Source: Utricularia gibba (Eukaryota; Plantae; Magnoliophyta). From it: 64,000 nt of DNA. This document shows positions 49,689-62,400 of this stretch, in pieces; positions within the stretch are counted from its first letter, which is position 1, and every line of letters starts with the position of its first letter. The translations under genes were made by a program, and so were the position numbers. The notes under the pieces were generated by a model. The model made no database searches. It worked only from the letters and a program-made list of their open reading frames with translations, and had not been told where the DNA came from. Location: the NCBI GenBank assembly GCA_002189035.1, contig CM007991.1:5270001-5334000 (forward strand), given 5' to 3'.

Positions 49689-52600
49689 TGCGTGTCGTTT
49701 CCTCAACAAATTTTAAATAATTAAAATATAAAACATATTCTCCCACACTTAAATCATGCTTGTCCTCAAGTATGAAAATTATAGCAGTCCACGAAAAAGA
49801 TTGCTTCTCCACCTTTTGTCCCAATTTGGAGCCTGAATAATGGGAGTTGAAACAAGCTTCTCTTTCAAAACATCAAAAGCAATCATGCATTTTTTATCAA
49901 AATGAAACTCAACATCCTTATGCAATAAGGCACATAGAGGAGATGCAATTTTCGAAAAATCTTGAATAAACCTACGATAAAATCCAGCATGTCCAAGGAA
50001 AGAACGTACATCTCTCACACAAGTAGGATAAGGTAATTTTTGGATTACCTCAATTTTGGCCTTGCCAACCTCAATTCCCTTTTGGGAAACAACATGTCCT
50101 AAAATGACATTTCTCATAATTCAAAACAAGGTTAGTCTCAACACAACGCTTCAGAATCAATGATAAATTAGCAAGGCATTCATCAAAGCTATTTCCATAA
50201 ACCGTAAAGTCATCCATAAATACCTCAATAATATTCTCAACATATTCAGAAAAAATACTAACCATGCATCTTTTAAATGTTGCTGGTGCATTGCAAAGTC
50301 CAAAAGGCATTTTATGGTAAGCAAAAGTACCAAAGGGGCAAACGAAAACAACCTTAGATTGATCCTCAAGAGTCACGGGTATTTGATAGAAATATCCATA
50401 TATTTCTAAGGTTGTTTCCAAGCAGCAATAATGGCTCTTTCCAGCAAGTCTTTCCAACATTTGGTCAATGAATGGAAGTGGGTAGTGGTCTTTCTTTGTG
50501 GCAGCGTTCAGTTTTCGGTAATCTATGCACATTCGTCAGCCATTTTGCACTCTGGTAGGCAGGAGTTCCCCTTGGTCATTGGCCATGACTGTGATACCTG
50601 TTTTCTTCGGGACAACCTGCACAGGGCTAACCCACTCACTATCAGAAATAGGATAGATTATACCTGCGGCCAATAACTTCAGAATCTCCTTCTTGACCAC
50701 TTCAATCATAGGTGGATTCAATCTCCACCTATGATTGCTGAAATATTTGTAGTCAAGGGAATTACCTCTTCCACTTTTTCCTTCTTCTTGGGGTCACATA
50801 AATCCTTCAACATTTTCGCATATTTCGGCACTTGATCTATCATGTCCAGCAAGGGAATATTCACGTTCACCTTCTTCATCACCTCTATGAATGCTTTCAG
50901 TCCACGTTTGTCCTTGCTCTTCCTTCGATGTCTCATAGGAAAAGGAGGTGGAATGACTAGAGACTTGGGTTGATCAACTTCTTGTAGCTCCTTCTCCTTT
51001 ACTTCTTTAGGTGGCGTTGATACAGGAATGTTCTGAGCTGGAGAATCATCAGGATGCTCTAGAATAATCTCCTCATCCACGTCATCATCGTCGTCCAAGA
51101 CTTCAAGTTCTTTTTCGTCATATATGTCCACCTTAGTCATGAACCATGGGTAAGGTTCCGGTAGATCCTTCCCACTTCTTAAAGATATGGCGTTGATGTG
51201 TTCTAGGTTCTTCACTGGTTGGGATGGCAGTGCACCTTGCATCTCCAGTTGGTTCATGGCTTGAACCAGCTGGGTAATCTGAGTTTGCATGCTTGTAATT
51301 CGTCCATCCATGTCTTTTTGAGCGGCATGCATCTAGGTGGTGCTCTCGGCAAGAGACTTCACCATAGACTCCAGATTATAATTTGGCTGATAAGGAACAA
51401 GAGGTTGATCTAGAACTCCAGTGATTTGCTAAGGTTGAGGCGGAGCAGTGAGAGTCTTCTGAGAAACAGTAGAAGGGTTCCCTAGTGATGGGGCTTGACC
51501 AGGAGGCACTGGTTGTCTCCAGCGGAAACCAGGATGATCTCTTCTCGGCATTTGGTAGTTTCCGTAGTTATAACTTCCTCCTTGGTTCTGGTAGAATGCA
51601 TTCACCTCTTCTACTGGCATCTCGTGTATCATAGGTCCTGGATCAGAAAGATGAGAGGTTGAAGATCCTTGATACCTTCCTTGTTGTTAGAGAAGTGATT
51701 GGAAGCCAAGCTTCAAGGTATTACTCATAGCAGCAAGTTGAGCTAAAACTTTGGAATTATCCACTTCGTGCACTGATTTTACAAGCTGAGAATTTCCTCC
51801 AGGTGCTCGGTATGAGTAGTCATAACGACTGGAAGTAGAATAAGAGTTGGCAGTCATTTGTTCTATCAATCTGCGGGCATCAGCACTGTGGCGGTTCTCT
51901 AGTAATGACCCATTACAAGCGACATTCATTTGTCCTCTGATCATGGGGGTCAGTCCTTCGTAAAAGTGTTGTAAAATTTGACCTTCAGTAAGTCCATGCT
52001 GTGGATAAGTATTATAGATCCGGTTGAATCTGTCATAATACTCCTGTAAATTCTCGCCTTCACTTTGTAGCATGGTGGCTAAAGCTCTTCTTCTCGCGAA
52101 GGCTCTTCCTAGGGGCGCATATCTATCAAGAAATTTCTGAACCATTTGTTCCCAGGTTGCAATAGAGGATGGTGGTAGGTCATACAGACACTCCAAGGCT
52201 CGCTCAGTGAGACTAAAAGGGAAGACCCGCAGCTTGACTTGGTTCTCCGTAGCACCTTTTGGGCGCATGGATGCACAAGCCGTGTGCAACTCTCTAAGAT
52301 GACGATTTGGGTCGTCATTTTCTCTCCCAGCGAACTTAGGTAGTGTCTAGAATAAATATGGTCGAAGCTCAAAGTCCTCTTCCGCGTCAAAGATGATACA
52401 AAGTGGTCGGTCAGCATGGCTGGCGGTGATTTCTTCTTTGATGGTCCTTAGTGCTGGGCCATGATTAGTGAGCGGTAGAACTGGAAAAAATTGTGGATGT
52501 TGTTGCTCCTGTTCTCCGTGCATTGTTGGGACTCCAATAGGTGGTTGAGCATCCATTTCTTCGTCAGGAGATAGATTTGAAGTCAATTCCTTCCTTTTCG

Positions 52601-53593
52601 CCAGAAATGTGCGCTCAATCTCCAAATCTAAAGGGCACAAGATGTCTCGGTATGATCTTAAGCTTCGGTGTCCTTTTGGTGGAGTTGAATGCATAAAAAC
52701 AGAGAAAAACAGTAGCAAAACGGAAATAAAAGAAAAACAAGAAGAAAGAAAGAAAAGGAAAAGAAAAATAAAAACTATACACAACACTAAATACAAAAAT
52801 ACACAACTCCCCGGCAACGGCGCCAAAAATTTTTTGCGTGTCATTTCCTCAACAAATTTTAAATAATTAAAACGTAAAACACTAGAAAGTGTAGTACGAG
52901 TATCGATCTCAGGGAGTTGTTTTTCGTGGAAAGTGTTTTGTAAAGAACTTCTACAAAATGTCACAGTTTTGTAAAAGAGGGTTTTTAAGATGTAGAAATG
53001 AAAGATACAACCTAAGTGATGGGCCTTGACTACGGTATGCAGTTCCTGGGAATAAGACTCCATCTCCTTCCTTTGTCCGTCCTTGCCTCGATCTTCACTG
53101 ATTTCTTCCGAATAGCTTGTTATAGGAGCAAGGAATAGCCTACTCTCCCTTAGACGGGAATAGCCTCATGTGATTCCCCCCTTGGACGATTAGGAAGACA
53201 AGAGGATGGCCTTCGATTGCCTTCAAAACCAAATTGTGCGTGTAGCTATTGCCAATGGCCAGTGGCAGGTCCGAGGTCACAACCTATCCACTGTCGCGGT
53301 ACCTAGGCCACAAACAATCTGCTACTTCCCTCGAACCGGTAGGGTTGGAGTTGGTGCTCTTCACCTTGATCTTCACCAAAATCCACGAGGAGTGGCCTGC
53401 TACTCATGGACCTTGACTAAGAGTCGTTACAGAAAGACTGCAACAAGACGCGTGAAAGTATGCGGAATCCGAATTGAATTCAGTGAAGAACCGAGTATAT
53501 TGCTCAAGACTTGGAAGGAAACTTCATCTACTTCCCAAAAACTAAAGGTTTTTAGCCCGAAAGGGCCATGGAAACAGAAACGAAAAGAAACTA
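49689..53593 (-). mobile_element. Athila-like element: partial 5' LTR, PBS, gag, RT; protease, RNase H, integrase and most of the 3' LTR deleted
   Basis: Gag LRVFPFSLTERA...TWEQMVQKFL; RT EVVKKEILKLL, SEWVSPVQVVPKK, CIDYRKLN, MPFGLCNAPATF, VFMDDF. The 47-bp LTR end at 49689-49735 matches 52835-52881 at 44/47. Confidence 0.93.
52808..52825 (-). other. Primer-binding site complementary to the tRNA-Asp 3' end
   Basis: Minus strand reads TGGCGCCGTTGCCGGGGA, the canonical Athila PBS. Confidence 0.9.
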
Positions 53594-53599
53594 AGTGTT

Positions 53600-55615
53600 C
53601 TTCCTCCTTGAGAGGTGTTTTAGCATTTAGACCTTATGACACTCCACAAATAGGTGTCCAAATTGCTCAATTGATTACTAGTGTTTGTGTTGAATATGGC
53701 ATTGTTGAATGTGTATTTTCTATTACTCTTGATAATGCTTCTAATAATTCAAATGCTATTTAAGCCTTGAAATCCTCTATTAATCCTCCTTTAGGTGGTG
53801 TTTTTTTTTTCATTCAAGATGTGTTTGCCATATTTTGAATTTATGTGTGCAAGATGCTTTACTAATATATGATTTTGCAGATGCTCTTGTTTCATTGCGT
53901 AAGTTGGTTAAGTTAGTCAAGAATTCTAGTCCTAAAAGAGCCATTTTCAAAAATCTTTGTGAGGCTAGAAGCATTGCATATAGAACTTTAAAAAAAGATT
54001 GTCCAACTAGATGGAATTCTACTCTTCACATACTTAGATATTTGTTTCTATATAGAGTATTATTCCCTTATTTATGAGAATGCATGTTGATCAAAATTGT
54101 TCAATTGATTCTGAAATATTTTTGAAATTTCAAACTTTGTGTGAAATGCTTGATGTTTTTGAGAAGTATACTACTTTATTTAGTGGTTGTTATTATCCAA
54201 CAACTGATTTAGTATTACCAGCTTTAGTTACTATTTCAAGTACATTTAAAAAATATGCTGAAGTTGAGTTTTTGTCAGAAATTGTTTCAGTGATGGTTGA
54301 AAAATTCGTTAAATATTTTCTCAATGATCTTATTCTATTTCTTATCTCCAGTATACTTGATCCAAGAGTTTAAGCTACTGGTTTGAAAGTTTATTGTTCT
54401 TATATTTGTTCTCTTAAGTTTCCATCATGTCAACCTAATGCTCAATATATGTATGACACTTCCATCACTACTTTAAATCATTTGTATGACTTATTTGAGG
54501 TTGAGAGTGGTTGTGCTAGATCTGTTTCTGAGGTGGCTGAATTTGGCCAACCTTCAGGAACATATGATTTTTATGTTATGGTTTCAACTTCTCCTAGCAG
54601 TTTCACAAAAACTAGTGAGATTGCTTTGTACAATGCAATGCATCAAATGTAGCATAAAGGAGAAAACTTTGACATTTTGGCTTGGTGGAAGGGTCAATCC
54701 TCAGTTTATCCTACTTTGGCAGTGGTGGCTAGAGCAATTCTCACATCCCATATGTCTACAATTGCATCAGAAAGTGCATTCAGTTTAGGTGGAAGAGTAT
54801 TGTCACCAAGGCAGCTCAAATTAGCAGATAAAACATTGGAGGTTTGCATTTGTTTGAAGGATTGGACTGGAGTAGATCATAGAATGCAAAATCTTGTCTT
54901 AGATGAAGATAATGATGATGACGACAAAGATGATGGTTCTACATCCGAAAAAGAGTAAACTTTTTTTTCGTTGTTAATGTTTTTAATTATTTTTATATCT
55001 GAAACTAACAAAAAAAAAGTTTTTAACTCCACCTATGTTGTTTGAAACTACACAGCCAATTCCAAGCTTGGAAAAGGGAGGAGGGAAAACTTGTATATTT
55101 TTGTTGTAGTTTTTGTGCATATTCATTCATTTTAGTTTTACTTATATTAAAAGACATAATTTATATTATGATTCTTATAGATTTTATTCAAAAAATAGAG
55201 TTTTCTACTTATATTTCATCAAGTGGGTGTACATAAAATATAAAAATTTGTTTCATATTCATAAACAATTGTTTTATGATAATCAAAAGATGTAATTGAT
55301 GTGATTCGCACCACACGTCCTCTAGCTAGTCCCACCCCACCTCTTCTATCCAATCCAACCCTATGACGGGATAATCATTGTGTGTCATGTCAGTCCTCAA
55401 TTGATCATCATGTTAGTTCTCCCATTCTCATTGCACCGAGTTTCTCTCCTCTTATTGAGGTGTTTGATTGACGGGTCGCAACTCATCAACCCGTAATTGA
55501 ATGACCCATGGGTACGGGTTGAGTTAAGGGTTGAGACCCATTGACCCGTGACCCAGTACATGACCCGCCTTGGTGAACCCGTGACCCAGCGGTTTATGAC
55601 CCATGCCCAGGTCTA
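53600..55615 (+). mobile_element. hAT DNA transposon, Ac/Tam3 type; 3' half with terminal inverted repeat
   Basis: VLAFR...FSITLDNASNN; CPTRWNST; ILDPR; dimerisation domain WWKGQSSVYPTLAVVARAIL...ASESAFSLGGRVL. Cluster of GACCC/ACCCG subterminal repeats at 55470-55602; terminus CCATGCCCAGGTCTA. Confidence 0.9.
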
Positions 55616-56520
55616 ATTGTTGCTAAGAAATGAATTGTTCTTGTATTTGGTATTGTGTGTTTTATCTTTTTATTTTTATTTTTTTTCATTCTTTTCTTTC
55701 TCTTTCTTCTTATTCTTTTTTCCTTTTCCTTGTTTCTTTTTCTATTTTTCTACTTTCTTTCTTTTTTATGGAATTAATTGCATCAAGGGTTCCCTCGAGT
55801 TTGAGATCTTACATGTAGATTTTATTTCTTTGAATCAATGGTCTGAATAAATTTTATTTTCTAAGAAGATGGAGTAGGCTTCCTATTCATCTACCAATGA
55901 TGAAATGGTAGCAATGTACCTGTCAGAGTCCCTTTAGTGCTTAAGAAACAAGGAGAAGAACACCTAGGAAATCTCCTGGTATTACTACTCATTAACCATT
56001 TTTTGGCTCTTCAAAATTTTAAAGAAGGAATTACTACGAACCATTTTGATCATTCCTTGTGTATCATTTTTAATGGAGAAGAAGGCTATTAGCTATGTCT
56101 ATACTTGTTCCAGACTACTAGAAAAAACAATGATGACCCCAAATGTCACCTATGAGAATTGCACATGGCTTGTAAATTTATGCACTCAAAAGGAGCAACA
56201 AACAATGAAATCAAGAGTTTTCCCTTTTAGCTACATTGAGAGAAATTTGGAGTGACTTTATGAATTGTCACCCTCTTCTATTGCTACATGGAAGCAAATG
56301 ATCCAAACATTCTTGAAGTTCAATTTTAGCTTCAACTGAAAGGAGAGCTTTGGCAAAAATTACGAAAAGTGAAGGAGAGAATTTCAAAGAGTATCATGAG
56401 CATCTTAGTCGAATCTATAACACTATCCACTACAAGGACTCACTTCAGGTCAGACTCTGTAGCACTTATATGAAGGATTGACACTTATGATTTGAGGAAA
56501 AATGAAGATTGTCTCCCATT
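55616..56520 (+). mobile_element. Highly degenerate Athila PBS, leader and gag; same family as 49689-53593, opposite orientation
   Basis: The leader aligns to the reverse complement of 52600-52820. ~56150-56330 resembles HTACASMRPKGATENQVKLRVFPFS...SIATWEQM. Confidence 0.7.
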
Positions 56521-59500
56521 AGGCAATGCAAGGGTAAGGGCAATGATGGAAGAGGGAGCTCAACAAGGTAGCTGATGTGGGGGCACATACCTTGTTTGGC
56601 TATAGAGACTCTTGTCATCTTGAACTTTAAATCCTCTATAGAGCACTAGGTGATGATTGCCTGAAGCCTTTTTTATATCCCTCGCCTATCGAGCTCTATC
56701 CTCAACAAATGAAATGAGGCACCATCCTCCTCAGGTTGAAAGGGTTTATGTTCCTTCCCCATAAAAATACACATGAAAATGAGGCTTGCTTGAGTCTTTG
56801 GCAAATCTATGAGAAAGTTTTGCCTAGGTCGCAAGGACCTAGGAATTTCCTAAGAATCATCACTTGCTCCTTCAATGTAAGTAAGATTTCTTGTGCCAGA
56901 TTGTTAAAGTGCCTAGGCATCCTCTTAGACACTACCTCTTTAATATATTCCAAGACCTTATTGAAAGGCATCTATGGTTTGTTAAGGGTAGACTCTCCAT
57001 GCAATATTTTCACATGATGAGTATGACAAGGAAGCCTCTTGATCCTTAATGGTTGAGTGCTTCTTGTGCTTATTGATGTCTTCTAGTTCAGCCCCCATTT
57101 TGTTGGCTCTGATGATGGTAGGATCTTCTAAGTGCTCGTAGATTCTCCACTTGACCATTAGTGAATGGAGGATGATTACTTGTCATAGGAGTAAGTCTCA
57201 AAGCTCATACTCTCATATTAAGAGTAGTAAGTAAGATCCCAACTCACTTATGAATCTATAGAAGTGATATGCTATGAGATCTGAACTTGGCTAGTATATG
57301 CCAACTATTTCTCTATCTCCTTCCACATATTTTGTATGTAGTCCTAGATACTCATCCACCAGATCCAGAAATACCTCTATTATATCCTTCATTATCTATA
57401 AGAAAATGATCATCTAGGTTATAGAAATGTGTCACTTGCAAAATTTTTTGAAGGATGAGTAATAGGAGTGTGGTCATCCGACCCATCCCATGGTTGCTTC
57501 TCCACTACCTCTCTTTCTTTTAAGGCAACCATTTTGCTCATGTGTCCCTCTTGAGATCTTACACTTGAATTAATGTCAATGCTTCTCTATTCCATCAGCA
57601 ACAAAACCATTTGTAACTCACTAAGGAGAACTGAATTATGGACAAATTAGATTCCATAAAAGGCACCAAATGTTATTGGGTTTAAGAAATTTTTCATGTC
57701 TTTGATGATGACTCTTTAACATTGAATTACTTAATAGTAGATTTGTGAAATGCATATAAGAGGTAACGAATGATCACCAAAACGTAGAAAAACTAGAGGT
57801 GCTTACACACTATCAGAAAGAGTTTTAATACAAACTTGAAGAAAACATTAACAAGATTCACCTAGAAAGTTACAAGATATCTAGACAAATTGTTTCACCT
57901 TCTTTTGTAGCTCTCTTTTTCCAAAAAGTTGATCCTTGTTTTCTTACTCTTCCTTGCTTATATAAAAGTAGTGACAAAAACATGACTTCTCATTTTGGCA
58001 GCCTACTCTTACAAAATCTTCTATTGTGGTGGAATATTCCCTCATTTTGAGGACCATTGCTTTTTGGGTCAAAATGCACCAGTTTGACTTCTTAGGTAGT
58101 ATACACATTGTTGAACTCTTCATAGAAGTGATGTGTGTGCTATTGGGTTTCGGGAAGTCTTTATTATGTAGTTCTTGTATATCCCTACCACGTGTACTTT
58201 GGTTAATTGTCACCTTATCAATCAGGCATTTTCTTAGGTCTCTTAGGTGAGACAATCTCATCCACATAGTATCTTCTCTCAATCCTTCAAAAAGGATGAC
58301 AATAATCTTTTCCACAAAATGAGCATAATCAGCCATTGTTTGAAAAGTTTAGATATAAAAACTAGTTGAAATAGGAAAAACCCATCTTTCGAGAAATTCT
58401 ACTACACGTATATAAGGAAGGAAAAGGTGAGAGAACAAACTTATGGCCATTTTCCTAAGAGAGAAGGGAGAGTTTGATACAAATTTCCAGGTTTTCTTCA
58501 TGTTAAGTTGTTTCAAGAACATATAAGGTTCTTTCTTTTTAGTAGAAAGCCATCTCTCCTAGTGCACAAGCATGTTTGGTCTTCATTGTTTTCCATTTAC
58601 CACCTCTTGTCTTTTATCTTCTTGCTTTCCATACTTTTTGACACTGATGATATTATGAAAAACTTTCCTAATATGGAAAGTAAAAACCTTAGATCTGTAA
58701 CATTTGTTGTATGTGTTGGAGCTTACTATTCCTCTAATGAGTTCCCTTGTGGAGCAAAAAGATGTGACCCAATTTCTTTTTGACGAGTTTGTTATTAATG
58801 CACATGTTGGATTGTTCAAGCATTGGGCTGCAAGAAGAATGCCTTAGCAAGGTTCTTTCCTTTAAAAAGGTGAAGTTGTTGATCAACAAGCATCATCAAT
58901 CTGAAGATTGCACCCCTATTACTCATGTCTTAGGGGTTGTTATAATAAACCATCCCCCTTAAGGTAGTGCATTGTTTTCTTATAGAAAATGAAAGCCATT
59001 ATGGAAGCATTCCTAGGCCTCTCAAAGGAGTACTTCAAACTAAATGTAATGCACTTGGGAGGAGCCAAACAAGAGCTAAGATCAAACGAGGTTATTATGT
59101 AACTCACAAGGACCTAGAACTCAGTAATGAGGCCTGGATCTAAAGGGATCTTTCACTTATAGAACCAAATGTAAGCTAAGATCCAACATACTACTCATAC
59201 AATGAGGAGGTAGACTTGGAGATTCATTTCCAGGGGCAATGACTTGTTGCTCACACATTGATGCTCACTTGATGTATTTATGAGATGTTGGAAGACTCTC
59301 ATGCCAAGTGGGTGATGATCGTTGGAACTTGTTGCTACATATCGCGGTCTAGCATGTTGAACACATCAAAAGAAATTTATAATCCGAGCTATTCTACTAC
59401 ATAAATCATAGAAATTAATGCAGTGTTGCAAGCAAAGATCGAATCCTCAAAGAATGGTTGCAATTTCTTAAAATCCTTTACATTTATTGAAAACAGGGGA

Positions 59501-62400
59501 GGTTTCTAGGAGTCGAGGTCTTATATGCATAGGACATAAAATAACAGCAATTAAAAGGAACAAGTTGCAGGGGTGAAGAAGTAGAGAAAATAATGGGAAT
59601 GCATAGAAAATATAAAGCGGATGTGATTTGATTGGGTTTTACGTCAGGATCTATCTCTTGTGTCACTTAAGAGGGTCCTTAGGTTGAAACCCAGCTTAAT
59701 CACACTAAAAAACAGAGTAAAGTGTTGTGCGAACAGTAGATGCCATATTAAACTTAAAGTAAAAGATGAAGAACTCAAATAGAAAAACGTTAATAGGCTT
59801 GAATAACATCTACAGGCAGTTTATCATCCACAACTATGCACTAGAAATGCAAAGGAAGCATAAAAAATATAGAAAACACAAATACATGTTCAAACTAAGT
59901 GATAGAAAAGTAGGAAAGCTAAAATAAAGTTTTAGGCAAACTCTGTGAGGTGTAGATCTGTTGAATTTGAAGATTTCAAATGAGACTATGATTTGGAAGT
60001 GTAGATATGGAAGTTGGTCAAAGACGTTCGTGGAGAACCACCATTCTCCTCGCTCATGCTCCTCACTGTCTTCTTTATTCTCTCTCCTCCTTCATCTTTT
60101 CTTTTTCTGCTCAAAGGAAGGGCATCTTAATCTTTTTATTGGATTTCTAGAAGAAAGATCTTTGCTCGAGATCTTATCTTTTCAAAGGGTGGTTACTTCC
60201 TGTTAAAAGCCACTTTTCCACAACTTTTCAATTCATTTTGACTTGTCAATGCGGAAAGTACACTACCAATATTTATCCTATAGAACACATCTAAAAACAC
60301 ATACGAAAACACAATAAAAACATTGTTATCAATGAGCAAGATAGTTGGTGTCCATATTGTAGGCCATCAAGAAGAAACATTAATTTATGAATATGGAGGA
60401 AAAAAAAGCCCTCAAAAACTACTTCACATATTACGATAATGCTCATTGAGCATGTATGCCTACAACCTCTTCTCTTAACATGTGTGATTTTGATTTTGAA
60501 CGAACTAGGGGCTCTCAAGTTCAATGGTGAGGGTGAGTCTTACCAACATCTAAGCCTTCTTTACATCCAAATGAGCATGGAACCAGCAATCAATTGGATG
60601 AGGTTTTGATTATAACTATCCATACTAGAAGCAGCAGCACGATATCAATACCCAACTATTCCCCCAAGCACCATTGATTCCTTCATTGACTTTTTCTTCT
60701 TTCTCAATCTTGTATATGATGAACATGCACATTTTGAGACAAAAGATAGAAGTACAAACTTCTGATGAAATCAAAGCATTTGAAGGGTAGAAGACTTCTT
60801 GAGTTCTCAAGAAGAGCACACTTCAGAGGCAAAAACTTTTGTATGTTTAACTGGATCACAACTCATAACACTAATGAATGTATCTTGTTATTCATTAATT
60901 TAGAGCTAAGACTATTCACAACCTTCAAAATGAATAAGTAACCTCAAGAAGGCTAGGGAATGGCTTGGCCCTATGACAAGGGCTGCCTAATTGGGTGAAC
61001 TAGAGGATAAGGGGAAAACCAAGAGGAATGAATCTCCACAAATTGCACCTCAAAAATCTGGTAATGAGGGTAAATGAGGATTGTTTGTGCATGTCTATTT
61101 AACTCTAATATTTTAAGGTTGTGACCACCAGCATATTGGGATATTACCATTTCTTTTCGAAAGGCCATCCCTTCCATATGTCTTTATGCATTGAAAATTA
61201 TTTCACATATAATGAGCTCTACATAGTAACCCTCTCGGGAAACAAGGCACTTCATAAAAACCCTCACTCATTCATGTTATACTCGTGATACTTATCCTCA
61301 ATAGAGCTTTGCAAATCAACTAGCTAAGACAATAGGGCTCTTCCAAGGAACCTTTTTTTGGAATTGGTTTTTGCACAGCAATCCTTGCTAGTTTACATAT
61401 CACTTGCTATTCTCATATTTAGAATGACTCTGTATAACAACCCTCTTGAATAAATGAGGCTTTACACAACAACACTCTGGGATAATAGGGCTCTACTCAA
61501 AAACCCTATTGAGCAATTGGGCTTTGTTTGAAGAATGTGATCAGGCAACCATAGTGAGAAATGAGAGTTTGAAGATTACGATATTAATGATTTAAATTTT
61601 GACTTATTTCACATGTCTTCCACACACCCAATAAGGCATCCATCAAGTTCATTATTGATAGTGGAATCCTTCACTTTGCATTACTCATCCCCTAATCAAG
61701 TTACCATGCTATAGGTTTTCACTTAAAAAGATGGAGGTTATCAAGAAAACATAAAAAGTGTCCTCAATGTGAGATACATTTGAGAGGTTCATAACTCAAA
61801 ATAGGCCATCATCCTTATGGTATGTAGACATTCTGTATTGATTTCACATTTTTGAACAAAACTTGTGATCCATATTGCCGCTACCTAAGTGTAACTTGAA
61901 TGTATCCTAATCACAAATAATTTACTATCTCCACTGAATCAAAGGGGTAGGCGATGTAACATGAAAATCTATGAGTAGTGGCATGCTACTCATTAACCAT
62001 GACTTACGAGCCTTATAGAAAAATGTAACATATATATACAAAAATATGTGAAATCCAATTAATTACCAAGATTTTCTACTCATGACATAAAAGAAAACTT
62101 CATCAAATCCCATAAATTAAATTGCCTAGTCATGAATTGCATGACAATACAGAAATGAAAATAGAGAAAACAAGTTTTTCATCTTCTTGTAGAGATGGAA
62201 AGGAAGAACAAAAAGCTAGTTAGAAAAGTAGAAAAGTCTCATCCGTAACTCTTGTGGAAGTGCTTTTCATTCCATTGCTAATAACACAAAAATTTTCATG
62301 TTTTCATGCATGGATTGGAACAGTGACCTAGAAGTGTTTAAGTTTCTTTTAAACATGATTAATTTTTAGATTAAGTGAGATGTTTGCTTTCAAATTTCCA
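56520..62400 (-). mobile_element. Heavily decayed Gypsy-like pol and LTR debris
   Basis: Only weak RT-like and RNase H-like traces, with no intact ORF. The family is not reliably assignable. Confidence 0.35.

Noticed and set aside
53206-53763. 185-aa novel ORF
   Set aside because: Chance read-through from Athila LTR sequence into the hAT transposase fragment.
47292-55615. A single intact hAT element with a nested retrotransposon
   Set aside because: The two transposase halves belong to different hAT families, the TIRs match only at TAGA, and there is no 8-bp TSD.
56520-59500. Endogenous pararetrovirus or organellar insertion
   Set aside because: No caulimovirid coat/movement-protein or plastid/mitochondrial gene motifs; the traces fit decayed Gypsy pol better.
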